Positions 1 to 8,675 of a stretch of DNA of 32,032 bases are shown piece by piece. A program made the translations under genes and the position numbers. Every line of letters starts with the position of its first letter. Position 1 is the first letter of the stretch. The notes below the pieces were generated by a model. That model did not search any database, was not told where the DNA came from, and was given only the letters and a program-made list of their open reading frames with translations. The DNA is from Eubacterium sp. (GTDB lineage Bacteria; Bacillota; Clostridia; Oscillospirales; Acutalibacteraceae): the NCBI GenBank assembly GCA_052272245.1, contig DAVZKM010000001.1, positions 1 through 32,032 on the forward strand, read 5' to 3'.

Positions 1-41
1 GGTATAAATGTAACCAATGACGTTAAAATTAAAATAATACA
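1..41. repeat. 41-bp exact direct repeat, copy 1 (other copy 1696-1736)
   Basis: GGTATAAATGTAACCAATGACGTTAAAATTAAAATAATACA read at both positions; probably continues left of the window. Confidence 0.9.
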
Positions 42-64
42 TATAATATTTTTTATTTTTTCAT
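1..64 (-). pseudogene. 5' end of signal-peptide micro-ORF P4 (frameshifted, truncated by window edge)
   Basis: ATG at 64 followed by A6; adding one base gives MKK(I)KNIICIILILTSLVTFIP, matching P1 (1512-1759). Bases 1-41 are identical to 1696-1736. Confidence 0.6.
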
Positions 65-114
65 TTCTTATCTCTTTCTATTTTTGTAGCACTTTTATAA
101 AATAATTTTACAAA

Positions 115-465
115 TTAAAATTTATCAACAATGTAAACAAAAAGATAAGCCAATGTTTCAGTAGTCCACGGATAAGTAATTCTTAACAAAAAAAGTATTA
201 AAAGGGTAAAAAAATTGATTTTCTTTTTTAAAATCATAAATATATTCAGTATGATATATACAGCAGGAAATGCAACTGAATAAATCCATATAAATTCTGT
301 AGGACTATTTGAAAACCAAAAGAAAATTCCCTTATAAGTAACAGCAGAATAAAACTCAGCAATAAAAAGAACTATAGAGAGAACATATAATATTATTTTT
401 ATTACACCCAGACCTTTTAAATATTCAAATACCCCTTTGAAATAAGTTTTAATTTTCTGTTTCAT
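115..465 (-). CDS. Small multi-TM membrane protein, array paralog A2 (putative immunity/receptor protein)
   Basis: ORF track 115..471; ATG at 465 (MKQKIK). About 3-4 hydrophobic segments; body aligns by eye with 1811-2152 (WIY..FP..YI..NI, KIN, LR.TY). Confidence 0.8.
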   Translation of the reverse strand: MKQKIKTYFKGVFEYLKGLGVIKIILYVLSIVLFIAEFYSAVTYKGIFFWFSNSPTEFIWIYSVAFPAVYIILNIFMILKKKINFFTLLILFLLRITYPWTTETLAYLFVYIVDKF

Positions 466-494
466 ACACACTACCTAAAACATTAAACTCGCCT
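414..494. repeat. 81-bp direct repeat copy a (peptide/membrane-gene junction)
   Basis: 76/81 identical to 940-1020 by manual comparison; partial third copy at 1465-1521. Confidence 0.9.
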
Positions 495-589
495 AAAATA
501 TTCCCCATTGCATAAGAACAAACGGGAAATTCAAATAATAATATTACTATTATCAAAAATACAGTTAATGTTGATTTGGATTTTTTCAA
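449..589 (-). CDS. 46-aa secreted micro-protein P3: MKKSKSTLTVFLIIVILLFEFPVCSYA-MGNILGEFNVLGSVYETEN
   Basis: GGAGG RBS then TTG at 589 and TAA at 449-451. Basic N-region, hydrophobic core and SYA cleavage-like site; overlaps the start of A2. Below the ORF track length cutoff. Confidence 0.65.
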   Translation of the reverse strand: MKKSKSTLTVFLIIVILLFEFPVCSYAMGNILGEFNVLGSVYETEN

Positions 590-613
590 AATTACTTCCT
601 CCATATATTAAAA

Positions 614-991
614 TCACACGCCGTTTACTATCATAGGAAACCAAGCGATAAAAAACATTACAATAGGATGCAATGATAGTAGCAATGCAACGATAAAACA
701 ATTAAAATTATTAAATTTTTTTGAAAATAATGTTATTAAAAAATATGTTGAAGATATAAAGGTACTGTAATACATCCAATAATCTAATAAAAAATCCGAA
801 ACATCAAGATGAAATATATCTTTTATCGGAGATAATCCATCAAAAGTAAGACCTAAAAAAGCACCTCCAGAATATATCAACTCACATATACTTAAAAGCA
901 TAAAAAATATTAACAGTAATTTTTTAAACCAATGTAATTCTTTTAAATATTCAAACAATCCTTTAAAATAAGTTTTAATTTTCTGTTTCAT
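614..991 (-). CDS. Small multi-TM membrane protein, array paralog B2
   Basis: ORF track 614..1000; ATG at 991. Clear paralog of 1132-1515 (LLDY..YYS, TYFLIT, FN.FNC, HPIV..FI.WFPMI). Confidence 0.8.
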   Translation of the reverse strand: MKQKIKTYFKGLFEYLKELHWFKKLLLIFFMLLSICELIYSGGAFLGLTFDGLSPIKDIFHLDVSDFLLDYWMYYSTFISSTYFLITLFSKKFNNFNCFIVALLLSLHPIVMFFIAWFPMIVNGV

Positions 992-1020
992 ACACACCAC
1001 CTAAAACATTAAACTCGCCT
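940..1020. repeat. 81-bp direct repeat copy b
   Basis: Near-identical to 414-494. Confidence 0.9.
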
Positions 1021-1115
1021 GTGATACTACCCATAGCAACAGCGTTGAAAGGTATGGATATAAACATCGTGGTTAAAATTAAGAATGAGCTGATTAGTGA
1101 TTTAAACTTACTGAT
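975..1115 (-). CDS. 46-aa secreted micro-protein P2 with non-canonical or mutated ATC start: (I)SKFKSLISSFLILTTMFISIPFNAVA-MGSITGEFNVLGGVYETEN
   Basis: AGGAGG RBS 7 nt upstream of ATC at 1115; TAA at 975-977. Same length and register as P3, with an AVA signal-peptidase-like site. Confidence 0.55.
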   Translation of the reverse strand: MSKFKSLISSFLILTTMFISIPFNAVAMGSITGEFNVLGGVYETEN

Positions 1116-1131
1116 ACGCTTTCCTCCTTTA

Positions 1132-1515
1132 TCAACCAAAAATATCTTCCATTATCATCGGAAACCAGCCAATAAAAAGTGAAACTATCGGGTGCATTGA
1201 CAATAATAAAGCAATAATAATACAATTAAAATAATTAAAATTTTTCAGTAATATTGTGATTAAAAAATATGTAAATGAAACAAATGCACTATAATACACC
1301 CGGTAATCAAGCAAATAATCGAATATATCTGTAGAATAAATTCTATTAAAAGGTGAATAATCATTAGAATAAAGACCTAATAATGCACTGATAGAACACA
1401 CTAATTCAATCAAGTTAAGCAATATAAAGAAAAATAATAAAATTTTTTTTGGCATGCTTAAATTTTTTAAATATTCAAACAATCCTTTAAAATAAGTTTT
1501 TATTTTTTGTTTCAT
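1132..1515 (-). CDS. Small multi-TM membrane protein, array paralog B1
   Basis: ORF track 1132..1521; AAGGAG RBS and ATG at 1515 overlapping the TGA of P1 (ATGA). Confidence 0.8.
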   Translation of the reverse strand: MKQKIKTYFKGLFEYLKNLSMPKKILLFFFILLNLIELVCSISALLGLYSNDYSPFNRIYSTDIFDYLLDYRVYYSAFVSFTYFLITILLKNFNYFNCIIIALLLSMHPIVSLFIGWFPMIMEDIFG

Positions 1516-1521
1516 ACACAC
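1465..1521. repeat. 57-bp direct repeat copy c
   Basis: 55/57 identical to 941-997. Confidence 0.85.
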
Positions 1522-1759
1522 TCCTTAGAATACGAAGTATTACCGTCAACATAAAATGTAGCAGTAAAGTTTTGTTTATCATAATTTATTGTTTTTATTA
1601 CTAAGTGAATAGTATAACCGCTTTTCTTGCGTGTATATTCGCAACCAATAACTCTAAATTCACCTGTTGCGTCACCCATAACGTAGCTTGCTGTAGGTAT
1701 AAATGTAACCAATGACGTTAAAATTAAAATAATACAAATAACATATTTGATTTTTTCAT
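1512..1759 (-). pseudogene. Signal-peptide protein P1 (~82 aa if repaired), -1 frameshift just after the start codon
   Basis: AGGTGA RBS and ATG at 1759 followed by A6, one base out of frame with ...KYVICIILILTSLVTFIPTASYVMGDATGEFRVIGCEY... (ORF track 1512..1712). Pro22, Met28, Gly29 and GEF fall in register with P2 and P3. Confidence 0.6.
1696..1736. repeat. 41-bp exact direct repeat, copy 2
   Basis: Identical to 1-41. Confidence 0.9.
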
Positions 1760-1810
1760 GATTTCACCTTTAAGCTGTATTTTTCACAAACACTTTAAGT
1801 ATTTTATAAT

Positions 1811-2152
1811 CTAAAGTCTATTAAAAATATCAATAAATGTATATACTAAAAACATAGCAATAGGTTGATAAGTCACTCTTAAAATCATAAAAAACAACAA
1901 TGTTATATAATTGATTTTATTAAAATATAGTAAAACAATATTTATAACTATGTATATAAGCGGAAAAAAAGTATAATAAATCCAGTATAAATCCAACGGA
2001 TTATCCAACAAAAAATCCCACGCATAAACACCCTCATCACAGATTACATAAATCATTTCAGATAAAAATAATATAGTAGATATTATATATATTATTTTTT
2101 TTGTTTTACTTAATTGGCTAAAATTCATAATTACCCTTTTTGTTACAATCAT
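1811..2152 (-). CDS. Small multi-TM membrane protein, array paralog A1 (first gene of the array)
   Basis: ORF track 1811..2197; AGGAG RBS favours ATG at 2152. Homologous to 115-465; shares the TM1 Glu and DFLLD..W.YY with the B paralogs. Confidence 0.8.
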   Translation of the reverse strand: MIVTKRVIMNFSQLSKTKKIIYIISTILFLSEMIYVICDEGVYAWDFLLDNPLDLYWIYYTFFPLIYIVINIVLLYFNKINYITLLFFMILRVTYQPIAMFLVYTFIDIFNRL

Positions 2153-2236
2153 TACTACTACTCCTAATATCAATACACCATTCTTATAAATTATCAATCT
2201 ATGATTCCTAACTTAAGGTGATTTATTCCAATTATA

Positions 2237-2265
2237 TTTATAACATATTTACATTTTGCTTGCAA
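2237..2265 (-). promoter_or_regulatory. Candidate sigmaA promoter for the left array
   Basis: TTGCAA-17 bp-TATAAA with TG extended -10 on the minus strand; AT-rich context lowers specificity. Confidence 0.45.
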
Positions 2266-2476
2266 GAGCATTTATATATTATATAATATAACACCTAATT
2301 TTAAGAACGTGAACTTCTCCGTTATCGAAAGAATAATAATAAAGAAATATAATATAAATAAGTCCGAAAGAAACACGCCGAAATGCGACTTTCTAATTCT
2401 TCACATAATAACGTTTAAAATATTGCAGATTTTTGACTTGTAAAAAAAGAATTTGAAAAAGAAAAATCCCAAATAG

Positions 2477-2510
2477 AAAAAGCACATCGGCTAAAATGCC
2501 GATGTGCTTT
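2477..2510 (-). terminator. Intrinsic terminator after the GH25 gene
   Basis: AAAGCACATCGGC-6 nt-GCCGATGTGCTTT perfect stem with T-run. Confidence 0.85.
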
Positions 2511-2514
2511 ACGT

Positions 2515-3882
2515 TTATTTAACCTTAACCTTTTTAACCGTTGACCACTTGCCATAATATTTAGTGCCGTTTGAATGAGTTTTATATGCTCTTACACGCA
2601 CATAATATGTTTTTCTGCTTTTAGATGTAGAAATTGTAACACTTGTTTTCTTAGTAGTCTTTGTTAAATAGTTTTTCTTAAAGTTTTTACTTGTTGACCA
2701 TTGGTATTGATAGCCTGTACCGGTGGTCTTTTTCCATTTAAATGTAATTTTCCTTTTCTTAGTGCTTTTTGCAAGCTTTGTTTGCACCTTGCGAGGATTT
2801 GTTACAACCTTATACGGTTCGCTTCTTGCGCCTTCATTACCGCCAACTACGGCAGTAACCTTAAATCTGAAATAAGAACCTTCGGGCAGCCCTCTAACCT
2901 TAAATGTATTCACATTACCGGCAGTTGTGCCGACCTTAACGTACTTATCTTTCTTTGAATCATACTTATAAATATTATAATATTCAGCATAGGTTTGCGA
3001 TGTCCAAGAGAAAGTCAGAGTTGTATTAGTTTTTGCTTTAAGCTTAACACCTGTTACCTTTTTTGCTGTAGGCTGAGTTACATTAGGTTTAACCGATACG
3101 CCAGGAACAGCCGGCTGTGCCCCTTGATACCAGATATTCATATCAACTCTGCCCGAAATGCCGTTTACTCTGCCATCTGAGGTATACTGCCAATATTCGT
3201 AATCGCCCGGATAATCGGTTGAAGTATTATAATGAGCAAGCCAAATTTTAGCAATACTTGAAATTTGAGAAGCATCCACCCTATTTTTAAGAAAACTGTA
3301 ATTCGCATAAAGGCAAGGAGTATATCCCATTTGAGAAACTCTGTTCAAAAAAGCAAGGCTGTTAGCAGTCATTTGAGCCTTAGAAAGGTTAGCACTGTCA
3401 AGCCTGCCGTCTTCTCCGACTCCCGCAAACTCATAATCGTAAACAACCGGCAGTGTGATGTTATAGCTTCCTATAACATCAAGAAGTTTATTTGCTTCTT
3501 GTAAAGCCTCGTCCTCATTTAATGCCTGAGAATACCAATAAACTCCGACCTGCAAGCCTGCGGCAAGTGCATTGGTAATATTTTCCTGATAATAAGGGTC
3601 ATAATTGAGCGATAATTTTTTCTTAGTATATCCCGTGTAGCCAACTCTTACATAAACGAAGTCAATTCCGTCAGCTTTAACCTTGTTAAAGTCAACAGTT
3701 TTGTTATGCTCTGACACGTCAATACCTACAACCTTATTAAGTGTATCAAATTTAGTATTATGTGTATAAGTTTTGTTATCATATTTGCTGTCAAATTTAG
3801 TTGATGCAAAGGCAACAGATGTTGAAGCAAAAACTATAATTACAGCAAGAAAAACGCTGAGTATCTTAATTAATTTCTTCAT
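2515..3882 (-). CDS. Secreted GH25 muramidase (lysozyme) with C-terminal fibronectin type III domains
   Basis: Signal peptide, GIDVSEHN, YDYE catalytic motif, WQYTSDGRVNGISGRVDMN, and Lys-rich Fn3-like repeats (YYVRVRAY..YGKWS). Confidence 0.9.
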   Translation of the reverse strand: MKKLIKILSVFLAVIIVFASTSVAFASTKFDSKYDNKTYTHNTKFDTLNKVVGIDVSEHNKTVDFNKVKADGIDFVYVRVGYTGYTKKKLSLNYDPYYQENITNALAAGLQVGVYWYSQALNEDEALQEANKLLDVIGSYNITLPVVYDYEFAGVGEDGRLDSANLSKAQMTANSLAFLNRVSQMGYTPCLYANYSFLKNRVDASQISSIAKIWLAHYNTSTDYPGDYEYWQYTSDGRVNGISGRVDMNIWYQGAQPAVPGVSVKPNVTQPTAKKVTGVKLKAKTNTTLTFSWTSQTYAEYYNIYKYDSKKDKYVKVGTTAGNVNTFKVRGLPEGSYFRFKVTAVVGGNEGARSEPYKVVTNPRKVQTKLAKSTKKRKITFKWKKTTGTGYQYQWSTSKNFKKNYLTKTTKKTSVTISTSKSRKTYYVRVRAYKTHSNGTKYYGKWSTVKKVKVK

Positions 3883-3897
3883 AAATTCCTTTCAAAT

Positions 3898-5052
3898 TCA
3901 TTTCCAAAGTTCTTTATAAATGTTTAATAAGTCGTCCTTGTTAAGTTCTTTAACAGTATTGGACGGCGAGCCTGAAGCCATGGCGTCATCAGCCATCTTG
4001 TCCATATTAGCAAAAAATTCGTCCTTATCAATTCCGTATTTTTCAAGAGTAGGAATTTCGCAAATTTCACAAAGTTCGTTACAAGCATCAATAAATTTCT
4101 TAGCGGCGGTCTTATTGTCATCATTATCACTTGCAGCACCGATTTCACGTGCCATATTCGCAAAACGGTCATAAGCTCCGTCATAAACATAAGTAAAACA
4201 AGCTGAAAGAAGCATGGCATTACTAATGCCGTGAGGAACGTGGAAAAGAGCACCGATAGGACGGCTCATTCCGTGAATAACAGTTACGGAAGCGTTGTTG
4301 AATGCAACGCCTGCCTCAAGTGCGGCAAGGGACATTTGCGCTCTTGCCTCAACATTAGCGCCGTCTTTATAGCAAACAGTAAGATATTTAAAAATCTTTT
4401 TAATTGCAGAAAGTGCAAATTCATCTGTAAGAGGCTGAGCCTTGCGAGAAGTATAAGCTTCAGAAGCATGGCAAAGCGCATCCAGACCTGTTGCAGCAGT
4501 AACAGACTTAGGAGCAGTCAAAGTAAATGCAGGGTCATCAATAGCAACATCCGGCATTAAAACAGGACCTTTAAGCAGCATTTTTATATCTTTTTCCGTA
4601 TTTGTAATAATTGTAAACTGTGTTGCTTCAGAACCGGTGCCCGAAGTGGTAGGAATAGCAACCATAGGCGGAGTAGCAACGGTAATAACCTTACCGAGAT
4701 AATCGTCAATTGAGCCGCCGCTTGTTGAAACTGCTGCAATAGCTTTCATTGAATCAATCGGGGAGCCACCGCCGACTGCGATAAGAAAATCACAAGTTTG
4801 GTCATTATAAACATCAAGACCTGTCTCAATCATTTTATCTGTTGGCTCGCCTGTAATATTAGAATAAATAGCATAATGAACACCCTTTTCATCAAGAAGG
4901 TCGGTAACCATTTGTGCTGTGCCGAGCTTCATCATCATAGGGTCGGTAACAACAAGTGCTTTTTTACCGAGTGTTGCGATAACATCAGCAGCATCTTTAA
5001 GAGCGTTTTCGCCGTAAAATACCTGTTTTGGCATAATAAATTGATTTCCCAT
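3898..5052 (-). CDS. Iron-containing alcohol dehydrogenase
   Basis: GGGSPID, PTTSGTGSEAT, DALCHASEAY and HGMS..HVPHG metal ligands. Confidence 0.93.
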   Translation of the reverse strand: MGNQFIMPKQVFYGENALKDAADVIATLGKKALVVTDPMMMKLGTAQMVTDLLDEKGVHYAIYSNITGEPTDKMIETGLDVYNDQTCDFLIAVGGGSPIDSMKAIAAVSTSGGSIDDYLGKVITVATPPMVAIPTTSGTGSEATQFTIITNTEKDIKMLLKGPVLMPDVAIDDPAFTLTAPKSVTAATGLDALCHASEAYTSRKAQPLTDEFALSAIKKIFKYLTVCYKDGANVEARAQMSLAALEAGVAFNNASVTVIHGMSRPIGALFHVPHGISNAMLLSACFTYVYDGAYDRFANMAREIGAASDNDDNKTAAKKFIDACNELCEICEIPTLEKYGIDKDEFFANMDKMADDAMASGSPSNTVKELNKDDLLNIYKELWK

Positions 5053-5195
5053 AAAAAATACCTCTTATATAATAATATACTATTAATAATATCACGCATT
5101 TAAAATAATTTCAATAGAATTGAATAATTTAACAATTTCTTCCACCTTTCATAGAATAATCATATCAAAGAGTACACGAAAGGTGTGAAAAACAT

Positions 5196-5420
5196 ATGCT
5201 TCTTTCTCAAATGAAAGAAAATGAAATATGCGAAATTGTTGCAGTTAAAGACGGATGTCATATAAAAAACAGATTAAGTGAATTAGGAATATCAAAAGGA
5301 CAAAAAATAGAGTGTAAAAACATCGGTTTATGCCGTTCTCCTATTGCTTATCAAATTTGTTCAAGCAAATTTGCAATAAGAAAAAAAGATGCACAAAATA
5401 TTGAGGTGACATATATATGA
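5196..5420 (+). CDS. feoA: Ferrous iron transport protein A
   Basis: 74 aa with RLSELGI..G and AIRKKDA; overlaps the feoB start. Confidence 0.88.
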   Translation: MLLSQMKENEICEIVAVKDGCHIKNRLSELGISKGQKIECKNIGLCRSPIAYQICSSKFAIRKKDAQNIEVTYI

Positions 5421-7243
5421 AAAATAAAAATGTTTTACTGATGGGCAATCCCAATGTGGGCAAAAGCACAGTTTTTAATGAGCTTACAGGAATGCACCAG
5501 CACACAGGCAATTGGACAGGCAAAACCGTTGACTCAACAGCAGGCAAATTTTATTATAAATATAATAATTATGAGTTGATAGATTTGCCCGGTACATACA
5601 GCCTCATACCGTCAAGTGAGGAAGAAAGGGTTGCCGGCGAATATCTTTTAAAAGAAAAATATGACTGCGTTGTAGTTGTTATTGATTCCACGATGCTTCA
5701 ACGAAACCTAATGTTATTTTTTCAAATATTTGAGATAACAAATAAGCTTGTTGTAATGCTCAATCTATGCGACGAGGCTAAAAAAAGAAACATAGAAATT
5801 GACAAAGAAATTTTGCAAAATCTGCTTGGTGTGCCTGTAATCAAAGCAACGGCAAGAAGCGGAAAAGGAATAAACGAATTACTTGAACAGATACATCTCA
5901 TTTCAACAAACAGTGAGGATTATTACGCTAAAACAGATTACGATTTAACCAATTTAGATATTGAAAACATAGCATACAAAGCTGAATTTGTTGCAAGAAA
6001 AGCACTCAAAAGAGCACCGTCAAAAAGAGAAAAAAGAGATGAAATGCTTGATAAAATACTGCTTGGAAAATACACCTCTATTCCTATCATGCTGATAATG
6101 TTTAGCTTAATATTATGGATAACAATTAAAGGCTCAAACTATCCAAGTGAATTTCTTTCAAAAATATTTAATGCTTTTGAAGCCTTTTTATCGAGCAAAA
6201 TGGCTCAAGCAGGAGTATCTCCGATACTTATAAGCCTGCTAATTGACGGAATGCTCAAGGTGCTTTTGTGGGTAATCGCCGTTATGTTGCCGCCTATGGC
6301 TATATTTTTTCCTCTTTTTGCAATACTTGAGGATTTCGGAATACTTCCGAGATTTGCATTTAACCTTGACCGTCCCTTTGAAAAATGTAATGCCTGCGGT
6401 AAGCAAGCGCTCACAACGTGTATGGGGCTTGGATGCAATGCAGTAGGAGTAACAGGAGCAAGAATAATAGATTCACCGAGAGAAAGAGCAATCGCTGTAA
6501 TTACTAATTCTCTCACCCCCTGCAACGGAAGATTTCCTTTTTTAATTGCAGTTATATCAATATTTTTAGCTAAAAATTCAATAATTGCAAGCCTTATACT
6601 TTTAGGCTTTATTATTATATCAATTGTGTGCACTATGACAAGCTCAAAGGTGCTCAGCCATACAGTGCTCAAAGGGAAAAGCAGTTCACTTATTTTTGAA
6701 CTGCCTAAATATAAAGTACCTGATTTCAAAAATGTAATTATATCAACAATAAGGGGTAAAATTTTACTTGTCCTTTTCAGAGCTGTTGCAGTTGCCGTTC
6801 CTGCCGGACTGATAATTTGGGCACTTGCGAATATAAGCGTTCACAATACATCACTTTTAAATATTATCTCAGCCAAACTTAACCCTATAGGAAAATTCAT
6901 AGGACTTGACGGAGTTATGTTAATGGCTTTTATACTCGGCTTACCGGCTAATGAAATTGTGCTTCCTATTGCATTAATGGCATATCTTTCAAGCGGAGTA
7001 TTAAGTGATTATTCATCAATCGAATGTCTAAAAGATATACTTGTTACAAACGGCTGGACAATAAAAACAGCACTTTGTGCCTGCATATTCAGTATGTTTC
7101 ACTTTCCCTGCGCAACAACATTATTTACAGTCTTTAAAGAAACAAAAAGCATTAAATACACCCTGCTTTCAATCATAACTCCGCTTGCAAACGGAATAAT
7201 AATCTGCTGTGTAATTAATGCTTTGTTCAATATATTTACTTAA
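5417..7243 (+). CDS. feoB: Ferrous iron transport protein B
   Basis: GNPNVGKS, GNWTGKTV, DLPGTYS, NLCD GTPase motifs followed by a Gate-type membrane domain. Confidence 0.93.
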   Translation: MKNKNVLLMGNPNVGKSTVFNELTGMHQHTGNWTGKTVDSTAGKFYYKYNNYELIDLPGTYSLIPSSEEERVAGEYLLKEKYDCVVVVIDSTMLQRNLMLFFQIFEITNKLVVMLNLCDEAKKRNIEIDKEILQNLLGVPVIKATARSGKGINELLEQIHLISTNSEDYYAKTDYDLTNLDIENIAYKAEFVARKALKRAPSKREKRDEMLDKILLGKYTSIPIMLIMFSLILWITIKGSNYPSEFLSKIFNAFEAFLSSKMAQAGVSPILISLLIDGMLKVLLWVIAVMLPPMAIFFPLFAILEDFGILPRFAFNLDRPFEKCNACGKQALTTCMGLGCNAVGVTGARIIDSPRERAIAVITNSLTPCNGRFPFLIAVISIFLAKNSIIASLILLGFIIISIVCTMTSSKVLSHTVLKGKSSSLIFELPKYKVPDFKNVIISTIRGKILLVLFRAVAVAVPAGLIIWALANISVHNTSLLNIISAKLNPIGKFIGLDGVMLMAFILGLPANEIVLPIALMAYLSSGVLSDYSSIECLKDILVTNGWTIKTALCACIFSMFHFPCATTLFTVFKETKSIKYTLLSIITPLANGIIICCVINALFNIFT

Positions 7244-8613
7244 TCTATAAATTCAGGCACTTCTAATACCGCATCGCTGTCGGGAAAACCGCTGTCATAA
7301 AGTATCCCTTTAATAACACTATCAATCTCATCACCTTTAAAGATTTTATGAAAAATCGGTGATAATCTGTCATATATTGCCATAAAGGAATCATATTCGG
7401 CAGTACCGGGAGCATAAGGCTCATCGCCCGCATATATATTACGCACTAACGTGATAATAAAATCAGCCAGGCGGACATTATACATTCTCGGCGCAATTTT
7501 ACTTTTACACATAAGGACTGTGGCCGCCTTTTTAAACGTCAAGCTGTCAAGCAGCTTTCCTAAAATATGAATAGGCACTTTTATCTTTTCCGCCTGCTCC
7601 TTGTGCAGACTGAAGCACTCTGCGACCTCAACAAATCTGTTAATATCATTAGCCGCAGAATCAATGATATCATTAAGCATAAAATCAAAATGGTCACGAC
7701 TGTAGGTCATATATGATTTTGAGCCGAAATCATAATGAATATTTTTTGGGTGGAGAGTTTTAACCGTCAGTTTTTCATCATCAAGTTCCATTTTACGTAT
7801 AGGGCTTGGGTAACCGATCAAGGAAGCTGTATTAACATCATAAATTCGATTACCCTTGACGGTATCAAAAAAGTTGATGTTTTGCATATGAGTATGCCCG
7901 GTAAATACAAAATGAATATCATTATCAGCAAAAAGCGCAGCTATTTTTTCATTGTCGCCGAGCATTTGATTTTTGCAATAAAACTCATAAACAGGGCTTG
8001 GAGCAAGCAAGGGGTGATGAGTAATTGCAATCATTTTCTGCCCTACTTTTCTGCAATCAGCTATTTGCTCTTTAATCCAATTAAGTTGTTCCTCAAAATA
8101 GCCGTGAAAGCCATCCTCCCAGCCTATACCATCATCATTAAGTGCAAGAAGCCTTGTTTTTTCGTCAAGCTGAGAAACGTACGAAAACGTTTGTGGGTGC
8201 TTGGCTATTGCATCGTTAAAGCCAAAATCGCCGTAAATTTCCTCAAGCTCCTGCCTCGTGCAACCTTCAACAACATATTCGCCCTTTTCATTTGAATAAC
8301 CCTTCGGCTCGGGGTGCAAGTCATGAGTACCTGTGATTAAGTAGACTCTTTTGCCGGCTTGGGTAAGCTAATGCAGTTTCTCGGCAAGTGAAATATGCCC
8401 TGCTTTTTCGCCGTCGCAAACATTATCGCCCGTAATTAAGATAATTTCGATTTCCTTATCATCAAGAAACATTTGAATTGTTGCGTCAAGTATAGCTTCA
8501 CTTTCAGCAATGCACTTTTGGTCATACATTGCACGATTAATCCACTCTTTGCCATGTGCATTTAAAAGTTTTGCGGGATAATAATGCAAATCGGTAATTT
8601 GATAAAATTTCAT
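7240..8613 (-). pseudogene. Calcineurin-like metallophosphoesterase interrupted by a single in-frame TAG (8368-8370)
   Basis: ORFs 8368..8613 and 7240..8319 share a frame. Read-through gives ...EKLH*LTQAGKRVYLITGTHDLHP..., completing the motifs TDLH, TGD, GTHD, THHP, GHTH. Confidence 0.85.
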
Positions 8614-8675
8614 AATATCAGCCCCTTATATTCACATTTTATCACACATAAAAAAATATGCAAATAAATAAGATT

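Noticed and set aside
414..1521. Repeats as a CRISPR array or integron attC sites
   Set aside because: Repeats are 57-81 bp, protein-coding, about 525 bp apart and non-palindromic; no cas or integrase gene in the window.
2300..2400. Three CGAAA(G/T) motifs and a short AAGTC/GACTT stem resembling a GNRA-rich riboswitch
   Set aside because: Stems are weak, no c-di-GMP or other consensus is visible, and no plus-strand gene lies downstream.
5118..5157. Possible Rex site (TTAACAA half) for adh and sigmaK-like AC-16-CATAGAAT promoter for feoA
   Set aside because: Only one Rex half-site matches, and the sigmaK consensus is too short to be significant in AT-rich DNA.
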